This document shows positions 25,832 through 35,603 of a DNA stretch of 46,163 nt, piece after piece. The position numbers and the translations under genes are program-made. The notes beneath the pieces are model-generated. The model searched no databases and was not told where the DNA came from. It was given only the letters and a program-made list of their open reading frames with translations. Origin of the DNA: Candidatus Velthaea sp. (GTDB lineage Bacteria; Vulcanimicrobiota; Vulcanimicrobiia; Vulcanimicrobiales; Vulcanimicrobiaceae); assembly GCA_050012475.1 (NCBI GenBank), contig JBEKHC010000053.1:1-46163 (forward strand), written 5' to 3'. Every line of letters begins with the position of its first letter. The stretch's first letter is position 1.

Positions 25832-28138
25832 TTATTGAACCACGATCGGGGGCAGTCCGGCATCACCGGCCTGGTTGAGGTGGATCGTTTCCCAATCGCT
25901 TTCGGTCGTGTGGTTGAGGCAGGATTGGGTCCCGAAACCCGTGCCCGGCGAGCCGTCGCCGTCGGATTTCTGCATCGCCGGCTCGATCGTGTTGTACCAC
26001 GGATTGCTGTACTGGGAGTACTCGACGGTCTCGACGATTGGATTTTCGGTATTCACGCCCGATCCGTAGCCCGGCCCCGTGTCGTAGATGTAGGCGCCGT
26101 AGGTTTGATAGGCCTGGAGGATCGCTTGGCAGTACACGCTGCCACCGAGAGACGGAACGTTGACCGACGATTTCAGGTGGAGGATGTCGCCGTAGACGAG
26201 GTTGGGGGTGGCTATTCCGGCGCTCTGGCAGGTATTGTCGGCTCCGTCGCCGCTCGGGTAGATCCCACCGCTGGTATCGACGCACCGGACTCCCATGCCC
26301 AGGGCGTGGGGAATCGGCTTGCCGTTCGCGGCATTGAGCAGATCTTGAGCCGTGAGGGTGAAGAGACCGAAAGCATAGCGGCCTGCATTGCCCGTGCTGA
26401 ACGGGTCGGCGCTTTCATCGAACAAGCCATTGCTGTTGAGGTTGACATAGCCGCCCCAGGCGCAATTGACCGATCCGGGATTGCCGCTGCTCATTGCGCA
26501 AGCCGGTGAATCACTGCCCCACAGGTCGACTTCGGCACCGCCCGAGATGCCGGCGAAGGTCGGATCGATGACGAGGATGTGGTTATCCGTATTGTTGGGC
26601 TGCGTCCGGGCGCCGGCCGGGAAGTGCACTACTTTCCCATTCGCGTCGCAACCGCCGCTCTCGTAGCCCGCTGCCGTGCAGTGTACCGTATAACTGGGAT
26701 CGCCGGAATGCGCCATCCACAGCGGTGACATCTGGTACGGATCGTTGTTGCTCTTGATCCCTTCGGACCACCAGTTGCTCGTCACGCTCGAGCTGTTGCT
26801 GGCGACCGTAGCGCCATACGCTTCCAATGTGGCGATCTTATGATGGAACGGCGTGTTCCCCAGAAAATACGCGCTCGGGAGCGGGAACTGACTGCTCGCG
26901 ACGGGCGCGGGCGCGGCGGTCGGAGCCGCCGAAGCGACCGGCTTTGGAGCCGGCGTCGACGCAGCACTCGCTCCGCCCATGATCTCGATGCCGGCGATCG
27001 AAGCGTTGTTCACCGTCGCCGTGAGCACGACCGTGATCTTGCCGCTCGAGTCGGCGTGAGTGGCGATCGGCTCCGCAATCGCGATATTCGTTCCGCCCGC
27101 GGCTTTGAAGATGTCGAAGTTCGAGAGCGCCTGAACGCCGTTGACCGAAACGTTGAATATCCGTTGTCCGGCGCTGGTGAACCAAGACTCGACAAAGTGC
27201 AGCCGAACCGTATAGGCCGCATTTGGAGTGAAGTTCGGCAGCGCATACGTGAGGGCCGTGCCAGTGCGCTGACTCTGATACACCGCTTGCGGGGCCGGAT
27301 TCGAGACCAGGCTCGTGTTGATGGCATTCGTCACCGTCGCCGTCCAGCCGCCGGTATACTGCTCGTCGGCGAGCCACGAACCGGAAGCGCTGCCCCCGGC
27401 GTCGACGTCCATCACGTCGGTGCCGGTCGAGGTTACCGGTGCGGGCGCCGGCGTTGCCGGCACCGGGGTCGGTGCTACCGGCACCGGCGTCGGCGCACCT
27501 GACGCGCCGCTGATCTCGATCCCCGCGACCGACGCATTGTTGATCGTCGCGCTAAAGGCGATCGTGATCTTTCCGGTTGCGTCCGCGTGGGCGCTAAAGG
27601 GCTCCGCGATTGCGATATTCGAGCCGCCCGCCGCTTTAAAGATGTCAAAGTTCGCCAAGACTTGCGCACCGTTGATCGCGACGTTGAACTGACGCTGCCC
27701 GGCGCTGGTGAACCAAGACTCAACGAAGTGCAGCCGCACGGTGTACGCCGCATTCGGAGTCAAGTTTGGTACCGCGTAAGTGAATGCAGTACCGGTCCGC
27801 TGGCTTTGATAAACGGCTTGCGGAGCCGGGTTGGAAACTTTGCTGGTGTTGATGGAATTGGTTACGGTCGCGGTCCAGGCTCCGGTGTAATCGGTATCCG
27901 CCAACCAGCTTCCCGAGGCCGCGCCACCGGCATCGATCGCCGTATACGAAGCCGTAGCTGCGGCCAGCGTCGAAGCCGGTCGTGCCACTGTGGTTTGATT
28001 TGCGGAATTATGCAAGCCCGCCGAACCGCTTGCGCTGGATCCTAGAGTGCTCGGAAGGCTATTTCCACCCCCGCCACACGCGGTAAGGCCCCCGGCCAAT
28101 AGAAAACTTACACCCATTTGTAAATAGTGCTTTTTCAA
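25832..28138 (-). CDS. Lipoprotein with two tandem malectin domains and an uncharacterised C-terminal domain
   Basis: TTG start after GGAAGGG; lipobox LTAC-GGGG; two near-identical malectin repeats (DAGG..SGSWLAD..YTG...VRLHFVESWF) separated by Pro-rich linkers. Confidence 0.88.
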   Translation of the reverse strand: MKKHYLQMGVSFLLAGGLTACGGGGNSLPSTLGSSASGSAGLHNSANQTTVARPASTLAAATASYTAIDAGGAASGSWLADTDYTGAWTATVTNSINTSKVSNPAPQAVYQSQRTGTAFTYAVPNLTPNAAYTVRLHFVESWFTSAGQRQFNVAINGAQVLANFDIFKAAGGSNIAIAEPFSAHADATGKITIAFSATINNASVAGIEISGASGAPTPVPVAPTPVPATPAPAPVTSTGTDVMDVDAGGSASGSWLADEQYTGGWTATVTNAINTSLVSNPAPQAVYQSQRTGTALTYALPNFTPNAAYTVRLHFVESWFTSAGQRIFNVSVNGVQALSNFDIFKAAGGTNIAIAEPIATHADSSGKITVVLTATVNNASIAGIEIMGGASAASTPAPKPVASAAPTAAPAPVASSQFPLPSAYFLGNTPFHHKIATLEAYGATVASNSSSVTSNWWSEGIKSNNDPYQMSPLWMAHSGDPSYTVHCTAAGYESGGCDANGKVVHFPAGARTQPNNTDNHILVIDPTFAGISGGAEVDLWGSDSPACAMSSGNPGSVNCAWGGYVNLNSNGLFDESADPFSTGNAGRYAFGLFTLTAQDLLNAANGKPIPHALGMGVRCVDTSGGIYPSGDGADNTCQSAGIATPNLVYGDILHLKSSVNVPSLGGSVYCQAILQAYQTYGAYIYDTGPGYGSGVNTENPIVETVEYSQYSNPWYNTIEPAMQKSDGDGSPGTGFGTQSCLNHTTESDWETIHLNQAGDAGLPPIVVQ

Positions 28139-28599
28139 GATACCCTTCCGGGGCCATCCGTGCCCACAATTATTGTCAACGGCCCGGCGTTTGTCGAAGT
28201 TTAGAGCACCATCGGTGTATTGACGACTATGTGTAACGCATCACTGTCCGCTATCTGAAGGCAAATACGCTAATGAATTGAGACCGATGCGATCCTTACC
28301 GGTAGCAGACACTATCCTTGATTGGCCGATGCGCATGCCGCAGGATTATTCGGCTAACACCATTAGGCAGAGTTCTTGCGATAATCACGATTAAACGCCA
28401 ATTCTTCGCACGCGCGAGCCCGCACGAGCGCATGCGGCAGCAACGGCTTAGGCTATGGGAATGGGCATATTTGCGCGTCCGGCGCTGCAGCGCAGCATCG
28501 TTTGCCGCCGCAAGCGACTGCACGACGCGGGCCGTCCCGCGTGGCGCAAGCGCAGGCGCTGTCGTACCCGCGACTTCGGCCGCCCTCACGATCGTTGAC

Positions 28600-28773
28600 A
28601 ACATCTGCTGCCTCGAACGCCGCTGTTCCGACCGCCGGTTCGTTCATTCGATCTGAAGGAGCCGTTCATCTCGAGGCGCGACCCAAGATCTGCTGCCCCG
28701 GACGCCGCTGCTCCGCCCGGCGGTTACCGTTCATTCACTCTGGAAGAGCCGTTCATCTCGAGTCGCGACCCAA
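28600..28773. repeat. Two imperfect tandem copies of a ~85-87 bp unit
   Basis: ATCTGCTGCC at 28603 and 28688; GAGCCGTTCATCTCGAG.CGCGACCCAA ends both copies. Confidence 0.85.
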
Positions 28774-29104
28774 CGCCTGATTCGTTCGGCAAGAACGACG
28801 AGCGATGACTCGGGAAACGCCGCGAAAGATCGCGCACCACGAACACCCGCGCCAATGAAAGCCTCGCATTTGCCGCCGGCGGTCCTGATCGTACGAACGT
28901 GCGTTATCGTTTTCGAAACAACTTCACGCAGAGGGATCCGGCGAAACGACCTCTCTCACCGCCATACCACGCAAAAGCAGCACTTCTTTTCACCGTCTGG
29001 ACATAGGGTCGTTCCGCCCTACTGACCTCGACCTTTGCTCGGCGAATACGATACCGCCGGCACCGCAACATTAGAGCGTTCGTATCAATCCGAGAGGCGG
29101 TCCC

Positions 29105-30256
29105 TTGAAACGTTTGAATTTTGCCGCGTTTGCCTTCGTCTCGCTCATTGCCGCCTGCAGCGGTGGAGGGACGTCGACAAACATCGTGCCGCAAACGGTC
29201 ACCGCAACCGTTGGTTCGCAGGCCAACACCGGCGTCTTGAGCGAGGCCCAAAGCGACGCAGAACTCAAGCCGCAGCAACTCTCTGCGCAGAGCAGCGCCG
29301 ACCTGCTGTACGTCGGGAACGTCGGCAACAATTCCATCACCGTCTACCATCACGACGCTCAGGGTAACGCCGCGCCACTCCACGTTATCGTCGGTTCCAA
29401 AACCGGGATCAGCAATCCGGGTCAACTCTCCGAAGACGCCCAAGGCAACTTGTATGTCGTAAGCTCGGGGACGGGCGCCGCAAGCCCGAGCATCCTCGTA
29501 TTTGCGCACGGTGCCGACGGAAACATCGCTCCGATCCGCACGCTCGCCGGCCCGCTGACCGGATTTCACAGCGTTCGTGCGATGACCGTCGATAGCAGCA
29601 CGGGCAAAATCTTCGTGGTCGACGATACGGGAGGTGACGGCTATCCCGCATCGCTGCTGCGCTTCGCTCCGAACGCAACCGGCAACGAAGCCCCGTTCGC
29701 TCGCGGCAGCATCACCTTTTGGGCCTACGAACTTGCCTCGGACTCCTCGGGCCAAAATATCATCGAAGCGCATATCACCGGGTGCTGCAGCGTCTCGAAT
29801 GCCGGAGTCGATACCTTCGCCAAGCAATTCGCGAACAACACCGCCCCGGCGAATCCGTTTAGCATCCGATACTTCTCAAGCTACGGTGTCGCTGACGATC
29901 CGACCACGAAAACGTATCTCGTAACGAGCGGTCCCGGCGGAGCCTATGCGACCGGCGGAATCTATCGACTGGCGGAAACCACCACCGGAGCGGGTCCCCT
30001 TGCTTACCCGAACCCCGCAACGTGGGCGACGGCACCGGTGTCGATCATTACCAGCGATACATGCGGAACGCAGCTTGCGCTCGGATACCAGCGAAACATC
30101 TACGTCACGCATAGCACCGCGACGTTCCCGGCCTGCCCCACCGATGCCGTCTACGTTTACGCGCACGACGCTTCGGGGAATGCTTCACCGCTTCGAGTAC
30201 TGAGCGGCGGCGCGACCAAACTCGCACAACCCTACGGAATCTTCGAGGGACAATAA
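29105..30256 (+). CDS. Lipoprotein with NHL-like/beta-propeller repeats
   Basis: TTG start after GAGAGG; lipobox IAAC-SGGG; repeated LYV.N...ITVY..DA.GN.APL..I.G..T motifs. Confidence 0.78.
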   Translation: MKRLNFAAFAFVSLIAACSGGGTSTNIVPQTVTATVGSQANTGVLSEAQSDAELKPQQLSAQSSADLLYVGNVGNNSITVYHHDAQGNAAPLHVIVGSKTGISNPGQLSEDAQGNLYVVSSGTGAASPSILVFAHGADGNIAPIRTLAGPLTGFHSVRAMTVDSSTGKIFVVDDTGGDGYPASLLRFAPNATGNEAPFARGSITFWAYELASDSSGQNIIEAHITGCCSVSNAGVDTFAKQFANNTAPANPFSIRYFSSYGVADDPTTKTYLVTSGPGGAYATGGIYRLAETTTGAGPLAYPNPATWATAPVSIITSDTCGTQLALGYQRNIYVTHSTATFPACPTDAVYVYAHDASGNASPLRVLSGGATKLAQPYGIFEGQ

Positions 30257-30569
30257 GACGGAGCGGCTTCGTCCATCAGGCGAAAGCTGAAGCGAAGCCG
30301 CGGTCCAGGCCGCGACCGGTCATCATCCCAAACACGAAACCACCCGCGCGGCACGTCTACGAATCGGCGTATCGTTTCGACCGCGGGCGCGACCGACCAC
30401 CTTCGGCAAGCACGTTATCCCGTCGTGTCAGGGTCAGGTTCCCGTGCATGCTGCTCAGCACCCCGTTCTCGATGTCGGAGCGTCTCGGTTTGCCATTGAA
30501 GGCACCTCGCCAACGCCGCGCCGGCCCATCGCAGGCCGGTTTCGGGGTTGGTTCGATTAGCCCTTAATT

Positions 30570-31230
30570 GCCGCGGTCGCGAAGCCCAGCCTCCCATGAT
30601 GCCCGAGCATTGCCTACATCGATTGGCAGCTACGATCGTATAGGCAGGTCCGCTCGAGTGACTCATCCGACGAATGTCGCGAGACGAACTGTTTTTTCGA
30701 GCGCACGTTGCCATGCGTTACCGCGATTCCCGAAACCAAGCGATCCATGATGGACCGCGATCGCGAAGCCGAGCGATCCGTGATGCCCCAGCTCTGCCTA
30801 CATCCATTCCGATTACGCTCATAGACAGGCCAGCACGAGTGACCAGTCTCACGAATGCCGTGAGCCTGACGCTTTCTCGAGCGAACGTCACGATGCGTTT
30901 ACCGCGATCGCGAAGCCGAGCGATCCGTGATGCCCCAGCTCTGCCTACATCGATTCCGATTACCCTCATAGACAGGCCAGCACGAGTGACCTGTCTCACG
31001 AATGCAATGAGACTAACGCTTTTCGAGCGAACGTTGCGATGCGTTTACCGCATCGCAAAGCCGAGCGATCCATGATGGACCGCGATCGCGAAGCCGAGCG
31101 ATCTGTGATGCCCGAGCTTTGCCCACGTCCATTGCAGTTACGCACCTACAGACACGCCCGCGCGAGTGATTTGTCCGACGAATGTCGTGAGCTTAGAAGG
31201 GTGCTTCGAGCGAACATTGCAATGCGACTC
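30570..31230. repeat. Intergenic higher-order tandem repeat: four ~147-bp units plus two extra ~33-bp cores
   Basis: Core ACCGCGATCGCGAAGCCGAGCGATCC(G/A)TGATG, or variants of it, at 30570, 30720, 30754, 30901, 31047 and 31079. The sequences following the cores at 30570, 30754, 30901 and 31079 are homologous to each other. Confidence 0.9.
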
Positions 31231-31463
31231 CGGCAGTAGCGCGAGCCCTCCGACAATCGGGTTGGGAACTCAGCGCGTGCCCGTTCCAATCGAGATCGAC
31301 ACACAATTCCCAGCAAACGCGCTGGATTGAGACGTTCTTTTTACGACGCAGATCACATTGAAAAAGTGTTCCGTTCCACGGAATCCCGTCTCGTGCAGGC
31401 CCGTGCCGCCCGGAAAAACAAGCGCCGCACCTGCACTCGAAAGAGCCGCAGTTTAGGACAAGA

Positions 31464-33185
31464 ATGCCGAAAAGCGCACAAAGTTGCACTCGATCGTTTC
31501 AGAGGACAGCCGTTCTCAGCCAGACGTCCGAGCGCAAGTTCAAAACAATTACTATTGTCGTTTGCACCATCGTCATGCTCGTCGGAGCAGCGCTGCGGTT
31601 TTCTTTTCTCGACGGCAAGATCTTTGGCAACGATGAAGCGACGACGGCTCTTCATGTTTCCGGCAAAACAACCGCGGACTATGCTGCGGCAATGTTCGAC
31701 GGAAGACCGCATACGGCGCAAGAGCTCTCGGTTTTCCAAAAACCGGACCGATCCCGCGGCTTCGCTGCCGTCGCACAATCTCTCGCGGTCGAGGATCCGC
31801 AGCATCCGCCGTTGTATTATTTTCTCGAACGGCAGTGGGAACTGGACGCAGGATCTTCGATCGCTGCCCGACGCGCACTTGCAGCGGTGTTTGGCACGAT
31901 CGCCATCCTCGCCGCTTTTTGGCTTGCAAGCGAGGTCGCGTCGCAGTTAGCTGGTTTCATCTCGGGTGCGCTCGTTGCGGCCTCGCCCTTTGCAATCGCG
32001 TACTCACAAGTGGATCGTGAGTATTCTCTATGGATGGTTCTGACTTTTGCCTCGTCAGCACTATTTCTGCGGGCGATCGCTCGGCGTGACAAAATCGCCA
32101 CAATAGCGTACATCGTCACTTGCATTGCCGGGTTGTACACCGACACGCTCTTTGCACTCGTTCTCCTTGCTCATTGCATCGCGTTGCTTTTCATGAGCAG
32201 GGACCGTCGGCAATCGCTCGTGTGGTATTCCGTTTGCTTGGCAGTCGTTACTCTCGCGTACGTGCCTTGGATCGGTCCCCTCGTGAGCGGCTTCGCGCGC
32301 GGCGCGATAACGAATAACCTATACTTGAATGCCGCGCTGCCGCTCAACCTCTTCGCTTTGAAATGGCTTTTCAACATCGGCACGCTCTTCTACGATGCGG
32401 ACTACGTCTTTCCGAGGAGCGCTTTCGTCATCTTGCCCGGACTCGTTGCTCTTGGGGCAGCGTTCATCGCCTGCGCGCTTAACGTGCGAGGGAAACTCTC
32501 CATCGGGCTCCTCTTCGCGCTCGGCGGCGTTGCGCTTTTGGCAGTCGTCCCTCCCGATCTCATTCATCACGAACAGCGTTCGACGGCGTCTCGCTACCTC
32601 GTTCCGCTGTGGGCCGCCTGCTATACGATCCTTGGGGCCGGCTTAGCGTATTTCGCGCACTCGTCGCGCGCAGCGCTTCGCTGGTCAGCGTTCGCCTTTG
32701 TCCTAGTAACGGCAGGTACCGGCTTTGGCTCTTTTGCGGTTTCAGCCAAGCACCAGACATGGTGGGTGGACGGAAGCACGGCTTCGATCGGTCCGATCGC
32801 TCGAGCGATTGAGCAAGTACACAATCCGGTTGTTGTCTATCATTCGACCTGGGGTCCCGGCCGACGCGGGCCGCAAGTCTGGAATTTTGCGGTGGCAATG
32901 TTAGCGGATACGGTCAACCCGGCAACATTGTTTGTTCAGTATCGCCGCGACCGGCCGTCGGCTATGCCGGCCGTCGGGGGCACATTGCTGCTCCTCGATC
33001 CCGACGATAAGGCTATTGCGACGCTTCGAGCTCACGGAGGTCATGCGACCGAGATATCGCTCCTCGGAAAACTCGCCGAAGCCGGCACGGACGTTGCAAA
33101 ACTCCGCAAAGCGGCATCGCTAGAACGAAACGCCGGAAACGGATGGTCCGTCAAGCCTTCGATCTGGGCAGTGCGATTGCGCTAA
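31464..33185 (+). CDS. GT-C fold membrane glycosyltransferase (GT39/PMT_2-like)
   Basis: LRFSFLDGKIFGNDEATT, EDPQHPPLYY, SPF.IAYSQ..REYSLW, GLYT, SRYLVP; many TMs. Confidence 0.85.
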   Translation: MPKSAQSCTRSFQRTAVLSQTSERKFKTITIVVCTIVMLVGAALRFSFLDGKIFGNDEATTALHVSGKTTADYAAAMFDGRPHTAQELSVFQKPDRSRGFAAVAQSLAVEDPQHPPLYYFLERQWELDAGSSIAARRALAAVFGTIAILAAFWLASEVASQLAGFISGALVAASPFAIAYSQVDREYSLWMVLTFASSALFLRAIARRDKIATIAYIVTCIAGLYTDTLFALVLLAHCIALLFMSRDRRQSLVWYSVCLAVVTLAYVPWIGPLVSGFARGAITNNLYLNAALPLNLFALKWLFNIGTLFYDADYVFPRSAFVILPGLVALGAAFIACALNVRGKLSIGLLFALGGVALLAVVPPDLIHHEQRSTASRYLVPLWAACYTILGAGLAYFAHSSRAALRWSAFAFVLVTAGTGFGSFAVSAKHQTWWVDGSTASIGPIARAIEQVHNPVVVYHSTWGPGRRGPQVWNFAVAMLADTVNPATLFVQYRRDRPSAMPAVGGTLLLLDPDDKAIATLRAHGGHATEISLLGKLAEAGTDVAKLRKAASLERNAGNGWSVKPSIWAVRLR

Positions 33186-33215
33186 AGAAAGCAGCATCGC
33201 CGGGCCACGGTTCGC

Positions 33216-34436
33216 TTAACACTCGGTCTCCACCGTCTGCTTGCGCGGGACAATCGGAGCCAGCATGCCGAAGCGCTCGAGACCTGTGAGCAAGTTTGCA
33301 CCGATCGCCGACCAGTCGTAGGCCGCCGCTCGACCGAGGCCTGCGGCGCGCAGGCGATCCTGTTGCGGCTCATCGGCAAGCAGTGCTGCGGCTGCGTCCG
33401 CAAATTGCTCGGCGGTCGAGCGCGACAAAAGGTCGACGCCGTCCACGTGGTCGAGCCCGAACGCGCCGTGCGGCGTCGTTACGATCGGGCGCCCCGCTGC
33501 CCACGCCTCGAGAATTCGCACCGCCGTCACGTGCGGCGACATTTTGTCGAGTTCGCGCGCGAAGCTCGCGTGCATCCGGCCGACGATGCGAACGTTGAAC
33601 TGCTTGCCGGCGAGACGCCGTTCGAGAACCGGGAGAACCTCGTTCATGAACCACATCAAACCGCGCCGGTTGGGCAGCCAATCGAAACTGCCCGGAACCA
33701 AGATGACTCCGGGTTGGCCCGCAGATGCGGCCACGTCGGCGTAGGTGGCGCAGTCGACGCCGTTGGGCACCACGATGGCTTTGCGCACGATCGAGGGCGC
33801 ATATTTGACCATGTCGTCGACGTCGTTTTGCGAGCACTCCGTGACGACGATGGAACGCTCGATCAAACGCGTCTCCAGTCGGCGCAGCCGAAGCGCGTCG
33901 ACGGTCATCGCCATCCGCGACCACATCGGCTCGAGTTCCGCTCGCCGCAGCATCAGTGCGGCCTCACAGTTGTGCGCCGAGTACACGACGGGCACGTCGT
34001 TGCCGGCAGGCACCGCATCGATCATACCGAGTTCCGTAACGACCGCCGTGTAGGCGCGGGTCGCCACCAGATTCGCCGCAAACCCGCGCATTCTGCGCGT
34101 GACGCTGCCCGAAGTGAAGAACGTTCCGCCGGTGCGAAGCGCGCCGGAGATGCGAAAAAGCTTGGCGTACAGACCCGTCGGGCGAGGGAAGCTGTGAATC
34201 TCGGCGCACCAGGATTTGAAATCGGCTGGGATGTTCGGGTCCCCTTCGTCGCCGGTGATGACATCGACGTCGAACCGTTGGGCGAGCGCGTGGATCAGCC
34301 AATAGTTGCGAATGATGGCGCCGTTGTTCAATCGCCAGGGATTGAACTTGCAGATGAACAGGACTCGGGGCCGGTTAAACGGCGTATTCAACATGATCCT
34401 CGATCTGGTTGGCGTCGGAATGAGAACCGCATTCAC
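33216..34436 (-). CDS. Glycosyltransferase family 4, apparently with an in-frame internal deletion
   Basis: NNGAIIR, YSAHNCE, VVPNGVD, GSFDWLPNRRGL.WF, RILEAWAAGRPIVTT..GA.GL. Start may be the ATG of MLNTPF. Confidence 0.82.
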   Translation of the reverse strand: MNAVLIPTPTRSRIMLNTPFNRPRVLFICKFNPWRLNNGAIIRNYWLIHALAQRFDVDVITGDEGDPNIPADFKSWCAEIHSFPRPTGLYAKLFRISGALRTGGTFFTSGSVTRRMRGFAANLVATRAYTAVVTELGMIDAVPAGNDVPVVYSAHNCEAALMLRRAELEPMWSRMAMTVDALRLRRLETRLIERSIVVTECSQNDVDDMVKYAPSIVRKAIVVPNGVDCATYADVAASAGQPGVILVPGSFDWLPNRRGLMWFMNEVLPVLERRLAGKQFNVRIVGRMHASFARELDKMSPHVTAVRILEAWAAGRPIVTTPHGAFGLDHVDGVDLLSRSTAEQFADAAAALLADEPQQDRLRAAGLGRAAAYDWSAIGANLLTGLERFGMLAPIVPRKQTVETEC

Positions 34437-34466
34437 GAGCCGGAGCGGTGAGCGCGAGCGCGAGCG

Positions 34467-35603
34467 TCACGCGCAATACAGCCGTAGGAACGCGTCGTGT
34501 TGGCGTTCGATGGCGAAGGCCTCGTCGAAGCGCACACGCGCAGCACTCCCCAGGCTCGCGCGCAGTGAAGCATCGCCCCGCAGCTGGAGTGCAGCGTTGA
34601 CGATCGCATCGATATCGCCCGCGTCGACGAGCAGCGCTTCGCGCGCATCGCGAATCGCAAACTCCGTCGCCCCGGCTTTGGTCGAGATAGTCGGCAGACC
34701 CGCCCGCAGCGCCTCGAGCAACGAGAGGCTCAAACCCTCGAAGTACGAGGCTTGCAGATACACATCCATGGCTGCAAGATAGCGCGTGCTGTCGGCTTGA
34801 TAGCCGACAAAGCGGACGTTGGAAAGCCCGCATGCCGTGACCTCGTCCGCGACCGGACCCGAACCGGCGATGGCCCACAGAATCCCGGCGTCCTGCGTGC
34901 GCCGCGCTGCCTCGAGGATGTCGAGGATGCCCTTATTCTTCGTCAGCCGTCCGAGAGAGCCGATGACGGTCGCATCCAGCGGGAAGCCGAAATGCGCGCG
35001 CGCTTCGGCTCGTTGCGCAGCGCTGAGCGCGGGCTGCGCGGCGATCGCGTTCTGCACGAAGACCATGCGCGGATGCAGCGGCGGGAACAGGGCCAGCATG
35101 GCTGGATCGGTCACCGTGACGATATCGCTGCAAAACGCCGTGAACCGGTCGAGCGTATAAAACGTCTCTAATTTCGGCGAATGATCGACCCAGCCGTGGC
35201 AGGTCGCAACGAGTCTGCGCAGCGGCGCGCCGGTCGCCCGCACGACGCGCGCTACGATGTTGGCTTTGTAGTCGTGTGAGTGCAGCACGGCCGGCGGCCC
35301 GTCGGCGAGGATGACGCGCAGGTTGCCGATCGCTCCGAGGGGCACCGGCCGATGTGCGGTTCCCAGCGACCGCACGCGGAAGCCGGCGGCTCGCATCGTG
35401 TCGTCAAGCAGGCCCGGCGTGAACGTGACGAGCTCCGGATCGACCAGGCCGCTGGCGCGTTGCGCGTGCATCAGCGAGACGATGACGTTCTCTTTGCCCC
35501 ACAAGCGGTCGGTCGCCCCGGCAGATTCAACGAGATGGATGAGCCGCAACTTGGGCCCGCTCCGCTGACCGGGATGCATGTCGGGCCTGGGTTCGGCGTT
35601 CAT
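34467..35603 (-). CDS. Glycosyltransferase family 4
   Basis: WGKE, LHSHDYKAN, TCHGW, GRLTKNKG, EGLSLSLLEALRAGLPTIST. Confidence 0.92.
   Translation of the reverse strand: MNAEPRPDMHPGQRSGPKLRLIHLVESAGATDRLWGKENVIVSLMHAQRASGLVDPELVTFTPGLLDDTMRAAGFRVRSLGTAHRPVPLGAIGNLRVILADGPPAVLHSHDYKANIVARVVRATGAPLRRLVATCHGWVDHSPKLETFYTLDRFTAFCSDIVTVTDPAMLALFPPLHPRMVFVQNAIAAQPALSAAQRAEARAHFGFPLDATVIGSLGRLTKNKGILDILEAARRTQDAGILWAIAGSGPVADEVTACGLSNVRFVGYQADSTRYLAAMDVYLQASYFEGLSLSLLEALRAGLPTISTKAGATEFAIRDAREALLVDAGDIDAIVNAALQLRGDASLRASLGSAARVRFDEAFAIERQHDAFLRLYCA

Noticed and set aside
30570..31230. CRISPR array (33-bp repeated core)
   Set aside because: The spacers are ~115 bp or zero and homologous to each other; no cas genes are present.
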